49,548 bases of DNA from a virus (Duplodnaviria > Caudoviricetes). Positions within the stretch are counted from its first letter, which is position 1. Each line of letters begins with the position of its first letter. Of the stretch, positions 34,151 to 44,011 are shown piece by piece. The position numbers and the translations under genes are program-made. The notes under the pieces were generated by a model. That model was not told the origin of the DNA, made no database searches, and saw nothing but the letters and a program-made list of their open reading frames with translations. The stretch spans positions 1 through 49,548 of the IMG/VR virus record IMGVR_UViG_3300037692_000547; one strand, given 5' to 3'.

Positions 34151-34432
34151 TTATCTGCGCTCCGATTGCCAGAGTTCGCGCTCGATGTTGTTGATGCGCT
34201 TGCGCTCTCTTTTGGCTTCTGCCTTGTCGAGGCGAGTGTGATCGTGAATGGTCATTATCTTTGGTGCCCTGGGTGCGCGGTACAAAGGACGGTTTCCGTG
34301 AGAGGCCGTAATCCCTCCCATCATCGCCAGCATCCTGTAGATATCTATCCGGCTGCTGCGTTCGGCGCCAATGACGGCGACTCTCCTGGGAGCGGCGGCC
34401 AATTCATCCGGAAGCGGGTACAGGTCGCTCAT
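34151..34432 (-). CDS. Hypothetical protein
   Basis: GAGGA RBS, 93 aa. Confidence 0.55.
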   Translation of the reverse strand: MSDLYPLPDELAAAPRRVAVIGAERSSRIDIYRMLAMMGGITASHGNRPLYRAPRAPKIMTIHDHTRLDKAEAKRERKRINNIERELWQSERR

Positions 34433-34495
34433 GGGGTTTTTCCTCTCTGAATAAATGCCATGTCAGGCCTTCCTTTGTTGCCGGTCTCCTGTCGG

Positions 34496-34705
34496 TCAGA
34501 ATGCAGCAATTCGCTTCCCGAGAATCTCGGAGTATTCCCACATAATTTCACATTGTTCTTTCAGCCTCTCCTGCTCGGCGGGGTCGATCCCATCGAACTT
34601 CGGGTTGTTACCGATGAAGTCGCTCAGGGCATGGGCCTTCTTGTCGAGTTCTGCCTTCTCGTCGACTACGCGTTGCTGGTGTGGCTGCATGGCTCCCTCG
34701 CTCAT
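34496..34705 (-). CDS. crAss001_48-like small helical protein
   Basis: PHQQRVVDEKAELD...L..F...Q...M.EYS.IL..RI. Confidence 0.65.
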   Translation of the reverse strand: MSEGAMQPHQQRVVDEKAELDKKAHALSDFIGNNPKFDGIDPAEQERLKEQCEIMWEYSEILGKRIAAF

Positions 34706-34754
34706 CTAGATTCCTTTCTCCAGGTTTCCCATTGATGGTTTTTGTATCCCATGG

Positions 34755-34901
34755 CTACTTCTCTGCCATGCGTTGTTCGCGCCGCTCTAAATACTCATCC
34801 ACTGCGCGGCGGACGATCTCGGAGTTGTTCATGCCGGTGCGTTTTGCTTCGGCTTTGAGTTTGTCGACGAACTGCGGCGGCATGGATAGGTTGAGGTTCA
34901 T
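34755..34901 (-). CDS. Ribbon-helix-helix (CopG-like) protein
   Basis: MNLNLSMP...KLKAEAKRTGMNNSEIVRRAVDEYL. Confidence 0.75.
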   Translation of the reverse strand: MNLNLSMPPQFVDKLKAEAKRTGMNNSEIVRRAVDEYLERREQRMAEK

Positions 34902-34987
34902 GGTGTTTCTCCCGTGGCGATCAAGTAATCTTGCGTAATCTTTACACGGAATTGTTGCATATATCAACTATTTTGTCCGGTTGTTGC

Positions 34988-35278
34988 TTAAACGATCCGA
35001 ATTTGCAGCCTGCGCTTGGCCGCGAGCAGCTGCGCCAGGGGCGCCGGACCGATCCTTTCAGGCCTGTCGGCATGGTCTCGGCAGAGGTCGATGCTGTCCC
35101 CTCCGCCGAGACTCGTCCATCCCACTTCCCTTGCGCACTCGTTGCAGAGAGGGCGGCTGCAGGTGATCATCTCGTCTTCGAGTCCGATGGTGTCCTGGTC
35201 GGTTGCGAACCCGAGGACGAAGTCGCAGAGCTTGGTAGCTGGAGCATGGCAGTGGTGGCAGCGGTGTCCGAGGGTCAT
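34988..35278 (-). CDS. Cys-rich phage protein
   Basis: LCDF...TCSRPLC.EC...DLC.DH. Confidence 0.65.
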   Translation of the reverse strand: MTLGHRCHHCHAPATKLCDFVLGFATDQDTIGLEDEMITCSRPLCNECAREVGWTSLGGGDSIDLCRDHADRPERIGPAPLAQLLAAKRRLQIRIV

Positions 35279-35661
35279 GTTCTGTCTTTGCGGTAACCGT
35301 CGACGAGGGTGATGAGGACCTGCCGATCTGGGGTGTGGATTTCAACCATGACTGTTATTTGTGTTTGGTCGATCTGGAATGGCCGGTAGGTGAAGACTTC
35401 GAAGGTGTCGCTGGGCTTCGGTTTGGATAGGTGCTCGCCTATCTGGTGGTATCGACCTTCTCCCTCTTCCACCTCGAGCCATTTCCCGTCGGCTGGCCCC
35501 CCGATGAAAAGCCTTCTTTGTTTGTCCACTGTTTGCTCCCTTCTGGGGCCAAATAGGTATCGCCCGATCATCTGTGCAAAGGTTTTGTCTGCCCCGGCAA
35601 AGAATTTTCTGACGTTCGTAATATTCTCGTACTCTTCCACTTCGTCTTTACTCCCGGTCAT
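35275..35661 (-). CDS. Hypothetical protein
   Basis: FIGGPADG motif, ATGA overlaps. Confidence 0.6.
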   Translation of the reverse strand: MTGSKDEVEEYENITNVRKFFAGADKTFAQMIGRYLFGPRREQTVDKQRRLFIGGPADGKWLEVEEGEGRYHQIGEHLSKPKPSDTFEVFTYRPFQIDQTQITVMVEIHTPDRQVLITLVDGYRKDRT

Positions 35662-37139
35662 GCCTTGCTCCCCCTGCGCTCCCTTTCCACTGCCGAGAGC
35701 GGTTGTCTTGCTCCGTCGGGATGGATCAGTTCGGGTTCTTCTCCGCAGTAGTCCATGTAGCGGCAGATGATCGCCTGGGCGAAGCGGGGGTCGAGCTCCA
35801 TGAGCCGGGCGCGACGACCGTGCTTGCGGCTGGCGATCATCGTTGTCCCGCTTCCCCCGCAGAGATCGAGAACGACCTGGTCGGGTTCGCTGCTGGCAAC
35901 GATGTTCTTGCCGACGAGGTAGACCGGCTTCTGGGTCGGGTGGAGATCGCTCTTGGTGGGCTTGTCCGCCCTGATGATGCTCGTGGGGATCGCGTTACGC
36001 AAATCGGTGATGATCGCCTGCAGGGCCTTCTTGTCGAGGCGTGAGAGATCGACGTCGTCATCGATCACGGTGGTCTGGGTGAAATCCTGGTTGAAGAAGT
36101 GTCCGGCCCCTTCCTTCCATCCGTAAAGGATCGGCTCGTGCTTCCAATTGTAATCCTGGCGGCATAAAACGGCGCTGTTTTTGACCCAGATGAGGCATTG
36201 CTTCATCATGAGGCCCGGAATGCCGTTGACCGCTCTCCGGAAGATGTCTCCGGTCCCGTTGCCTTCGGCGTGAGCGATGTAGAAGCAACCTCCGGGCTTG
36301 AGCGCGTAGTGCATGGCCGAGAACATGGAGAGGAGAAATTCGTAGAACTGCGCCGGAGTCATCTTGTCGTTCATGATCTTGCCGGCGGTCCCTTCGTAGT
36401 CGACGTTGTACGGAGGATCGACCCAGACCATGTCGGCTTTGCCTTTGTCGAGGAGCCGGTCGACGTCGGCGAGGTTGAGGCTGTCACCGCAGAGGATCCG
36501 ATGGGGTCCGCATTGCCAGAGGTCGCCCTTTTTGACCCAGGGGTTTTCCATGGGGGGCGTATCCTTGTCCTCCGGCCCGAGCTTCTCACCGGTCCCTATC
36601 CCAAGGATGGCGTTGAGTTCGGCCTGGTCAAACCCGGTGAGGTCCATGTCGGCGCCGGACTGGTAAAGCTCGGCGAGGAGTTGCGTCAGGAGGTCTTCGT
36701 CCCAGTCCCCTCCGTGAGCATTGGCTGCGATATTGGCGGCCTTTTCTTTGCTCTCCGGCCAGCAGACTTCCCGGTAGGTCCAGCGGCCGTGGGGGGTGTC
36801 GACGTACCCAAGCGCGGTGGTCCCTGCGTTGTCGGTGTGGGCTTCCTTGATGATCGGCCAGGTGCTCTCCAGATTCTTGACCCTCTGGTGACCGCCGACC
36901 AGCCGCCCTGTCTTGGTGTTGAAGACGACCCCACCGAGGTCCCCGAATTCCTCCATGGCCTTTTTGAGCATCTCGAGCTTCTCGGCGCTGATGGACCGGG
37001 GGTTGTATCCGGCCGGCCGCAGGTCGCTGATCGCCGTTGCTCCCGGGGTTTCCATGGGAGGGTTGGTCATCCCCTCGAGGCTCTTGGGTTTCGCTTTGTT
37101 CTTGTTCTTTTGCGCTCCGGGTTTCTCTCGGATGGGCAT
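35658..37139 (-). CDS. ParB-domain N6A/N4C DNA methyltransferase (beta-class motif order)
   Basis: YNPR...LVGGHQR ParB; HRILCGDS, DPPYNV, HPTQKP, VLDLCGGSGTT. Confidence 0.9.
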   Translation of the reverse strand: MPIREKPGAQKNKNKAKPKSLEGMTNPPMETPGATAISDLRPAGYNPRSISAEKLEMLKKAMEEFGDLGGVVFNTKTGRLVGGHQRVKNLESTWPIIKEAHTDNAGTTALGYVDTPHGRWTYREVCWPESKEKAANIAANAHGGDWDEDLLTQLLAELYQSGADMDLTGFDQAELNAILGIGTGEKLGPEDKDTPPMENPWVKKGDLWQCGPHRILCGDSLNLADVDRLLDKGKADMVWVDPPYNVDYEGTAGKIMNDKMTPAQFYEFLLSMFSAMHYALKPGGCFYIAHAEGNGTGDIFRRAVNGIPGLMMKQCLIWVKNSAVLCRQDYNWKHEPILYGWKEGAGHFFNQDFTQTTVIDDDVDLSRLDKKALQAIITDLRNAIPTSIIRADKPTKSDLHPTQKPVYLVGKNIVASSEPDQVVLDLCGGSGTTMIASRKHGRRARLMELDPRFAQAIICRYMDYCGEEPELIHPDGARQPLSAVERERRGSKA

Positions 37140-37181
37140 GCCTGGTTCTCCTTCGGGTGGTGAGGCGTCTTGTTGATTTTA

Positions 37182-37367
37182 TTAAGGGTTGAGGGCTTCG
37201 GCCTTGACCATCTCGGAGACGGTTTGCTGGACCTTGGCTTCATAGAAAACCTTGTAGCTCACCGTTTTGGCTACCCAGACCATTCCCCAAACACATGCCA
37301 AGAGGACACAAATCACGAAGAGGGTCATTACTGTCGTCTGCAGACCGTTTTTTGTGTTTTTATTCAC
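37182..37367 (-). CDS. Small membrane protein
   Basis: AGGAG RBS, one transmembrane helix. Confidence 0.6.
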   Translation of the reverse strand: MNKNTKNGLQTTVMTLFVICVLLACVWGMVWVAKTVSYKVFYEAKVQQTVSEMVKAEALNP

Positions 37368-37523
37368 GTTGTTCTCCTTGTTTATTGGAAAGGATGCCCT
37401 CGTGACCCATGATAGGCCCCAGCGGGAGTACCAAGCTTTGCAGCGGTTTTTCCTCGGGGATAGTCTGCCGCCGACCTTCCTAGCCCAATACTCCCATTAT
37501 CACGTTGGCATTTGGTTGCGGTG

Positions 37524-37925
37524 TTACTCGGCCGGGGTCAGGGTGAGATAAAATTCCTGGCCAACTTCGGCAAAGACGGCCAGGGCGTCGGGGTTGTCAA
37601 TGTGCATCGTCAGTGTGCCCGACGGGGTGTATTTGAAAAACTCATTGTTTTCCAGTCCTCCGCTGGTCACGGCAGAAAGGGTGACCTCGTGTTTCTGGAT
37701 GGTTTTAACCTTGAATTTTGCGACGACGCTCTTTTTTTCCATGGTGGTTCTCCTTGGCATGGGGATAGATCTGTCTTTGTTTCCGTTGGCGCAGCGTTCC
37801 TGATCCAGCATCAGTTGCAGCTCGCTTTGGCAATTGAGTGAGTGGGTTCGGCTTTCCTCGGTGATTCGTAGCATCTCCCGAAGGTATTGGATTTCTTTCT
37901 GAAGTTGTTCGATCGATGCTGTCAT
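37524..37925 (-). CDS. Conserved phage protein (internal start possible at 37742)
   Basis: AKFKV...EN..FFKYTPSG...IDNP.A...G.EFY..TPA. Confidence 0.6.
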   Translation of the reverse strand: MTASIEQLQKEIQYLREMLRITEESRTHSLNCQSELQLMLDQERCANGNKDRSIPMPRRTTMEKKSVVAKFKVKTIQKHEVTLSAVTSGGLENNEFFKYTPSGTLTMHIDNPDALAVFAEVGQEFYLTLTPAE

Positions 37926-38157
37926 CGGATCTCTCTCCCCTGCTTGCGCTTTTTGGACCTCGTCGGCCAGTCCCATCGGGGGACGCGATATGTCGTTGTC
38001 TCGATGGCCACCGGCGCCTTGAACGGCAGGGTTGTGTGGAGGGGGACCGGGGTGTGAATCTGCACGGCGAACAGCATCCAAATCAGAACCATGCTTTTAC
38101 TCCTTGATCTTTGTTGTGGTTTCGCGGCGCCGACCCGGGGGAGGTCCGGGGGATGCG

Positions 38158-38577
38158 TCATAGAGCTTCGGGACCTGTTTCTTGCGCGAGATCGGCGGGA
38201 GGTATGTCCTCTTCGAATAGTCCGGCATCGTCCTCTCCTGTGTTTTTGCCTGTGCCCCTATTCCATTGGAACCGGGCCCGAATTATCGCCGTGATTCGCT
38301 GTGTGCTGACCCGTTGGTATTCATGTAATCCGGCGTCGAAGGTAAAGGCCATCTGGTTGACCCCCGGGTTTGTGGCTCGCAGGCGGTGAATGGTTCCGAA
38401 GATCTTGGCGCGACAGGTGCTGCCCATCCCGATGCGGATCGATTCGGGGTCGTGGATAGGCCGGTTGCAGTTGCTGCAGCGCCGCGCTTCTATTTCCCCT
38501 TGTCGAGGCATTCCTGGCAAAACCCCCATGCTGCGATCTCCTTTTTTGTCCGGCAGCCGTTGCAGGTCTCGACCCAT
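38158..38577 (-). CDS. DUF6011-like zinc-finger protein
   Basis: RCSNCNRPIHDPESIRIGMGSTC; start uncertain. Confidence 0.65.
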   Translation of the reverse strand: MGRDLQRLPDKKGDRSMGVLPGMPRQGEIEARRCSNCNRPIHDPESIRIGMGSTCRAKIFGTIHRLRATNPGVNQMAFTFDAGLHEYQRVSTQRITAIIRARFQWNRGTGKNTGEDDAGLFEEDIPPADLAQETGPEAL

Positions 38578-39104
38578 ACGGCTTTTTTTCTCTTGATGAT
38601 GCGCAGCTTCTGAGGTGGCTCATCGATGGTAACTTCGACGATCGGCTGCTTCGGGATGACCTTCTCCGGTGCCAGCGCTTTTTCGATAGCCTTTGTCGCC
38701 TTGGCGTAGGCCTGGTCTTTGTATCTCGGCGGCGTATGGGCTTTTGCTGTCCTGAACTCTTGGGCTCGTTTCCGGTTGAACTGCTGCACTTTCTCGGAAA
38801 TCCCAGGCCGGCCAGTCATCGCCGTGAGGTAGAATCCGATGATGGGGGCGTTGCTGTCGGAAAAGGCGCCCTTGTCGATCTTGTGCTTCAACCGAGAGAG
38901 CTTCTGGAGGCATTTGACGCAACTGTCGGCCCGGCTGGCCAGGTAGAGGTAGCATTGCGCCTCGGTGACCCGGCAGGAGAGGGTGCAAAAAAAATCGTGA
39001 CTGTCTTCGGCTTCAAACCGGCCCGGGTTGATCCTGAATTTGACATAGCGGGTAATGTCGATCGGCCGTCTTTTTCCGTGTGCTTCGTGGATGGGTTTTG
39101 ACAT
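38490..39104 (-). CDS. Hypothetical basic Cys-rich protein
   Basis: ATG 39104 after a hairpin. Confidence 0.55.
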   Translation of the reverse strand: MSKPIHEAHGKRRPIDITRYVKFRINPGRFEAEDSHDFFCTLSCRVTEAQCYLYLASRADSCVKCLQKLSRLKHKIDKGAFSDSNAPIIGFYLTAMTGRPGISEKVQQFNRKRAQEFRTAKAHTPPRYKDQAYAKATKAIEKALAPEKVIPKQPIVEVTIDEPPQKLRIIKRKKAVWVETCNGCRTKKEIAAWGFCQECLDKGK

Positions 39105-39208
39105 GGGTTTCTTTCGTTGTTTTGCTATTCGCCCGGGCCTTTCGGCCCGGGCTTTCACGCTGCGAACCTCTCCCAACTTCCCCGCAGCACCCTTCCTCGG
39201 TACAGGGC

Positions 39209-39742
39209 TTACCGTTTTGTTCCGGTGGTCTTCTGTGTCCGTTCCAGCCGGCCGTATCCGTCTTCCCGAAGGTGAGGCCGGTCCTTGTCTGCTCCCAGCC
39301 TGACCCATCCTTGGTGTTGCCGCTTATGCCAATCGCAGACCAGATATCCCCTCCCCTCGACGTCGATCCGACGGCGGGACCAGGTCCGGTGCTTGCATCC
39401 GGTGACCGCGCAGACCGGCGGAAGGTCGGGATCGTTATCGTCCCGGGCCAGATTGCGGACAACCTTGGTCTGGCGCACCAGGTAGGTCCCGCAGTTGACG
39501 CAGCAGGCGATGGTGGTCTGGTGGGTAACTTCGGTGCGGATGCTCTCGCTCTCGATTTCCACACGCAGCATCCCCTCGCAGACGGGGCAGACTCGGCAGT
39601 CCTTGCAGTCGGTCGAACCGTCGCGGCGACACTGGGGAGCGAAATGTCTACAGTTCGGGTACCGGTCAAACTCGAAAAGCATCCGGTTGTATCGGGCTCT
39701 CTGCTCCGGGGAAAGAGGGTCGCCGACGAGGACTATGCTCAT
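39209..39742 (-). CDS. Cys-rich hypothetical protein
   Basis: ATG 39742, several CxxC pairs. Confidence 0.6.
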   Translation of the reverse strand: MSIVLVGDPLSPEQRARYNRMLFEFDRYPNCRHFAPQCRRDGSTDCKDCRVCPVCEGMLRVEIESESIRTEVTHQTTIACCVNCGTYLVRQTKVVRNLARDDNDPDLPPVCAVTGCKHRTWSRRRIDVEGRGYLVCDWHKRQHQGWVRLGADKDRPHLREDGYGRLERTQKTTGTKR

Positions 39743-40374
39743 GCTTCCCCCTTCAGAGATAGATTGAATCCTGCGATGAAGGCGGTGAAGTCGGCCCGGG
39801 GGATATCCGAGCAGCTGTCGACGCCCATGTGTTTTTTGAAGGCTTCTTTTGCTTCTGCCTGGGAGCAAATGCGATCGGCTCCGAGGAGTTCGAGATATTC
39901 CCAGAAGGTCTCGCTGCGGAAGAATCCAACGTGAAGGCCTTGGATCTCTCGAGCGGTGAGGGGGTCGTGGTTTTGTTTGGGAGGGGGCGTGGCTTCTTCG
40001 GTGTATTTGCTCAGGGTGATGATGACGTCGGTGTCGGTGAGGGCGGTCAGCTTGGGTCCGTAGGTCGCCTGGTGCTCATAGCAGGTTTCAAGGACCAGCG
40101 AGAAGCGTTTCCCTTTGCTTGGAACGTCGACGACGAAAACCGGGGCGATCTGCATGTTGATGAGCCCCTTGATTTCCAGGTGGACCTTGTCCTCGATGAG
40201 GCTGGTCAGTGTGGCGGCCAAGAGGGAAGAGACGGGGAGGAGGAAAGAGCAGCGCCAGGCCTTGGCGGCTCGCATCCATTTGCGTTCGGTAAAAAGACAG
40301 GAGATGTTCGCCAAGGGGTTTGATATGGGCAACGCTTCGTGCGCAGGGGTTGCGTCCTCGGTTTTGTCTCCCAT
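39739..40374 (-). CDS. Hypothetical protein
   Basis: 211 aa, ATGA overlap. Confidence 0.65.
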   Translation of the reverse strand: MGDKTEDATPAHEALPISNPLANISCLFTERKWMRAAKAWRCSFLLPVSSLLAATLTSLIEDKVHLEIKGLINMQIAPVFVVDVPSKGKRFSLVLETCYEHQATYGPKLTALTDTDVIITLSKYTEEATPPPKQNHDPLTAREIQGLHVGFFRSETFWEYLELLGADRICSQAEAKEAFKKHMGVDSCSDIPRADFTAFIAGFNLSLKGEA

Positions 40375-40380
40375 GGTCGT

Positions 40381-40626
40381 CTATTTCCTATCGGGACAGG
40401 ATGTCGTGGGGCAAATGGGGCACCGGAGAGCCTTGATGGTGTACTCCTGCGTCCGGACGATTTGATCTTCTATCGTCTCTTCGAATGTCATCCAGAGTTG
40501 TTTTTGCCTGGGGTTGAGCGTTTCAAGGAAATCTTCACGGATGGTTGCCGTTTCCTCGGCGGTCTTGTTTTTGGCTTTGGCTGCAATAGCAGCAATCATC
40601 TCTGGGTCGTCGAGCGGACAGGTCAT
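40381..40626 (-). CDS. Hypothetical protein
   Basis: ATG 40626. Confidence 0.55.
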   Translation of the reverse strand: MTCPLDDPEMIAAIAAKAKNKTAEETATIREDFLETLNPRQKQLWMTFEETIEDQIVRTQEYTIKALRCPICPTTSCPDRK

Positions 40627-40631
40627 TTTTT

Positions 40632-40844
40632 TTAGCCCCCGGTGGGTGTTTTGGTGAAACCGTCGGCGATCACGGCTGCCTCGTATTTTGCGCTGACCTT
40701 GCCCTTGCAACTTCCGCCCCATGTTCCTCGCAGCCACATGCGGAAAGTCAGGATGTGAAACCCATTTTTTCTGGCATACCCCGCAAGTGAGTACCCCCTG
40801 GCGATCAAATTGGCCTTAACTTGTTGAAGTTCTTTGCTCGTCAC
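40632..40844 (-). CDS. Cro/Ner-like small HTH regulator
   Basis: VKANLIARGYSLAGYARKNGF; first gene after a strong promoter, divergent from an XRE gene. Confidence 0.65.
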   Translation of the reverse strand: MTSKELQQVKANLIARGYSLAGYARKNGFHILTFRMWLRGTWGGSCKGKVSAKYEAAVIADGFTKTPTGG

Positions 40845-40874
40845 GTAGTTTCCTTTCTGGTTAATTCGGGTGTG

Positions 40875-40903
40875 AGTTTAACCTCCGTTGTTGTCCTTGT
40901 CAA
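40875..40903 (-). promoter_or_regulatory. Sigma70-type leftward promoter
   Basis: TTGACA-N17-TAAACT. Confidence 0.75.
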
Positions 40904-41006
40904 AGTCTTTTTGTTTTTGGAAACTTTTTTATGCCAAGATGTTGACTTGCGGTCGGTTTCTAGTTGAATATGTAGTATGGGCAACAGGCGAGAGAGGAGG
41001 TCTACG

Positions 41007-41612
41007 ATGAATCTGGGAAACGTTCTGGCCGAACGACGCATGGAGAGCAACATCGGGATCAGAGAGCTGTGCCGTGCAATCGAACGGTCTCACATTTCCG
41101 GTCCGGTCTCCCCTTCCTATCTCAGCCGCATCGAGCGCGACTCGGGAGAGATCGAGACGGATCATGTGAGTATCGACACCCTCTGGTCGCTGGGTGTGGC
41201 CATGGAGATCGACCCTCTTCTCCTTTTCGTTCTGTCCCGGCCGGATTTAAGTGAACGTCTTCTGAGCCGGGAGGTTCGCGAAAAACTGTTTTTGGTCTGG
41301 GACGTCCCCCCCGTTCCCCTGGGGGTTTTTCTCCGGAACCGCCGACACGATCTTGGGATTACGATGTCCGAGGTCGAGATCCTGTCGCGGCGAGCGCCCC
41401 ATGCAACGTTCGGTATCTCGTCCGGGTTTCTTTCCCAGGTGGAGACGGACTTTCGCGGTGCCTCGGCAAAGATTTCCGGGGACAAGCTCTGGGCCTTGGG
41501 CGTCGTGCTGCGGGTCGACCCCCTGGCTCTTTTTGTTCTTTCTCGCCGGTTGGATCCTGGACTGGGATTGCGCAGGCACAGGCTTTTTCTCTTCAAAAAG
41601 TTTTCCCTTTGA
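41007..41612 (+). CDS. Repressor-like protein with two tandem XRE-HTH domains
   Basis: LGNVLAERR..SPSYLSRIE..LW.LG...DPL and LGVFLRNRR..SSGFLSQVE..LWALG...DPL. Confidence 0.75.
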   Translation: MNLGNVLAERRMESNIGIRELCRAIERSHISGPVSPSYLSRIERDSGEIETDHVSIDTLWSLGVAMEIDPLLLFVLSRPDLSERLLSREVREKLFLVWDVPPVPLGVFLRNRRHDLGITMSEVEILSRRAPHATFGISSGFLSQVETDFRGASAKISGDKLWALGVVLRVDPLALFVLSRRLDPGLGLRRHRLFLFKKFSL

Positions 41613-41646
41613 AAAACGGCAATCGCCGTGCTATCGTCCGAAAACC

Positions 41647-41919
41647 ATGACCAATACCTATGAACGCGATGCGCTGTATCTCGACTATATTCGCTCCCAA
41701 GCCTGCCTGGTTTGCGGCTGTTCTGGGGTCGACCCGCACCACCAACCGCGCAGGGGGCACGGCGCGACGTCCTTGAAAGTTTCGGACTATCGCACTGTTC
41801 CCCTTTGTCGTCGCTGTCATGACGATTACGGGCAACTCTCATGGGAGCTTTACCGGCGCCGGGGGATCGATGTCGAGGCGGTGATCGTTCTCCTCAATTC
41901 GGGCTATTTTTTTGCCTGA
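41647..41919 (+). CDS. DUF968-like / HNH-like protein
   Basis: YLDYIRSQACLVCG...DPHH...K.SD..TVPLCRRCH. Confidence 0.75.
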   Translation: MTNTYERDALYLDYIRSQACLVCGCSGVDPHHQPRRGHGATSLKVSDYRTVPLCRRCHDDYGQLSWELYRRRGIDVEAVIVLLNSGYFFA

Positions 41920-41941
41920 CGTGTTGCCCTTATCAACCGGC

Positions 41942-41966
41942 GCCAGTTTGCTCCGGAATCTTTTCC
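41942..41966 (+). promoter_or_regulatory. Repeated promoter-like motif P7
   Basis: GCCAGTTT-GCTCCGG-AATCTTTTCC. Confidence 0.75.
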
Positions 41967-42008
41967 TTTCTGCAGGCCTTTTGCCTGTCATTATCCAACG
42001 GAGGTTAC

Positions 42009-42377
42009 ATGAGCAGCAGTAATTTAAAAGAGATGTCCCTTGCAACGGTCCACGGAGGGGCGGCTATCGAGCGGTTTGATGATGAACTTAAGCGGGTGTT
42101 GCAAAACATCGCTGACATCAATACCGGCACCGGTGGCCGAACGGTTACCCTCAAGATCAAACTCAAGCCCGACCGTGACCGCACCTTTTGCGCCGTCTCC
42201 GTCGCCGTGACGAGTACGATGGCTCCGGCTGAAGCTTTTGAAACCCAGATCTTCCTGGGGCGCAAGGATGGGGATTGTGTTGCCTTCGAACATAATCCCC
42301 AGCAGCTTCCGCTGGATATGTCTCCCCTTCCCCTGGCCTCTGTGGCCAAATTCCCCACTCGCGAGGTTAAATCATGA
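42009..42377 (+). CDS. Conserved phage protein (first of a common gene pair)
   Basis: GGAAIERFD.EL..VL.NI.D.NT...R.VTLK.KLKP. Confidence 0.7.
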   Translation: MSSSNLKEMSLATVHGGAAIERFDDELKRVLQNIADINTGTGGRTVTLKIKLKPDRDRTFCAVSVAVTSTMAPAEAFETQIFLGRKDGDCVAFEHNPQQLPLDMSPLPLASVAKFPTREVKS

Positions 42378-43087
42378 TCAAGGAAGCACTGCAGTATCTC
42401 CAGAGCCTGGCCGTTCCCCAAACCGTTTCGGTTGAAGGCCGCGCCTATGCCACCGGATCGCTCAAGCCGGTTCTCGATCCGACGGCCGAGGCGGTGGAGG
42501 TCCACACTCTCACGGGTCTCGCCACCTATATCAACGATCATCAGTCCGACCTCCCCCCGCTGGAAACCCTGATGCTGGTTGTCCTCTCCCCGACCACGGT
42601 TCTTCTCGGGACGCATGCTGCCGGCGAATTCAGACAGCGCCGGTCCTGCGCCCTGGCAAAAACGCAGCATCAAGACTTTCCTTTCGGGCAGTACCTGCCG
42701 CAGGAGGAGTTCTGTATCGCGCTGATGACGCGCTTTGTCCACGACGAAAACCAGGAGGCGGTGCTTGCTCTGGCCGGCAATCTGGCCGCCGGCATGGAGG
42801 TTCAGACCGAGGACGACGGTTTCACCCAGCGCGTGACGGTGCAGACCGGGGTCGTCCGTAAGGCAAATGTCAAAGTCACCAATCCGGTGATCCTTCGTCC
42901 CTATCGGACCTTCATCGAAGTCGAGCAGGCGCCCTGTCCGCTGGTAATCCGGATGCGCAAAGGCAAGGACGGGACGCCCGAGTGCGCCCTGTTCGAAGCC
43001 GACGGCGGCCTGTGGAAAACCGTTGCTGCCAAAAACATCCACGACTGGCTGAGAGCCAACGTCAAGGATGTCAGCGTCCTGGCTTAA
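42374..43087 (+). CDS. Conserved phage protein (YfdQ/DUF2303-like partner, tentative)
   Basis: MIKEALQY...TLTGL..Y...DDG.TQ...NPV.L.PYRTF.EVEQ...ALFEADGG.W. Confidence 0.65.
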   Translation: MIKEALQYLQSLAVPQTVSVEGRAYATGSLKPVLDPTAEAVEVHTLTGLATYINDHQSDLPPLETLMLVVLSPTTVLLGTHAAGEFRQRRSCALAKTQHQDFPFGQYLPQEEFCIALMTRFVHDENQEAVLALAGNLAAGMEVQTEDDGFTQRVTVQTGVVRKANVKVTNPVILRPYRTFIEVEQAPCPLVIRMRKGKDGTPECALFEADGGLWKTVAAKNIHDWLRANVKDVSVLA

Positions 43088-43139
43088 TTCTCGCGGGGGG
43101 TCTCTCCCCCGCCTTTTCCTTTTGGAGGAATATTTAAAA

Positions 43140-43370
43140 ATGTCGATCGAGGAACGAATCAAAAGGGTGCTGGCCGAAAATGCCGGGATCGAGGAAGACG
43201 AAATCACCAGCGAGTCGAAACTTGAGGAGGATCTGGCTATGGATTCCCTGGACAGGGTCGAGGCGCTCATGGGCATCGAGGAGGAGTTTGATATCGAAAT
43301 CCATGACGACACGGCCGGAACGATCAAGACCGTGCAGGACGTCTTCGATGTCGTAGCCAACCTGATTTAA
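43140..43370 (+). CDS. acpP: Acyl carrier protein
   Basis: MSIEERIK...DLAMDSLDRVEALMGIEEEFDIEI.D...IKTVQD, with the DSL serine intact. Confidence 0.9.
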   Translation: MSIEERIKRVLAENAGIEEDEITSESKLEEDLAMDSLDRVEALMGIEEEFDIEIHDDTAGTIKTVQDVFDVVANLI

Positions 43371-43478
43371 TTCGACAGCAATTGAGAAGGCCGGAGACCC
43401 AACGTCTCCGGCCTTCGATTGTTGCTGCCGGGTTGTCCGGCCGTTGTTTCATCCGTTTCACTTTTTGGAGGCACCACC

Positions 43479-43955
43479 ATGGGCGTTAATAAGGTCATTC
43501 TCGTTGGTAATCTCGGCAAAGATCCGGAATTGAGGTATACCCCGGCAGGGGTTGCCGTCACGACGTTTTCGCTGGCAACGTCGGAGCGGTACAAGGATAA
43601 ACAGGGTGCGATGCAGGAGAAAGTCGAATGGCACAACATCATCGCCTGGCGCCAGCTCGCGGAGATCTGCGGGAAGTATTTGCATAAAGGGAAGCAGGTT
43701 TATCTGGAGGGTAAAATCACGACCCGCTCCTATGACGATCGAGATGGCGTCAAGAAATACATCACCGAGATTGTCGTCGACCAGATGCAGATGCTTGGGT
43801 CGAAGGACGACCAGGGGGAACGGCAGTCTGGTTCCGGCCAGGATCATCGGCCAACCAATCCGAAGCCGGAGCGGCAACAGGATCAGCGGTCGCAGTCGCA
43901 GGCAACCGACTATGCTTCGCCTCCGTTTGATCCCGAAGATGACATTCCTTTCTGA
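43479..43955 (+). CDS. ssb: Single-stranded DNA-binding protein
   Basis: [19 protein letters not shown]...EWH...C-terminal DDIPF. Confidence 0.95.
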   Translation: MGVNKVILVGNLGKDPELRYTPAGVAVTTFSLATSERYKDKQGAMQEKVEWHNIIAWRQLAEICGKYLHKGKQVYLEGKITTRSYDDRDGVKKYITEIVVDQMQMLGSKDDQGERQSGSGQDHRPTNPKPERQQDQRSQSQATDYASPPFDPEDDIPF

Positions 43956-44011
43956 CGGACACCTTTTTTGGTGGGCGGATCATCCGCCCACCTTTTTCCC
44001 CAGGAGGCTTT

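Noticed and set aside
42005-43360. 451-aa minus-strand ORF
   Set aside because: Antisense to three well-supported + strand genes, including ACP.
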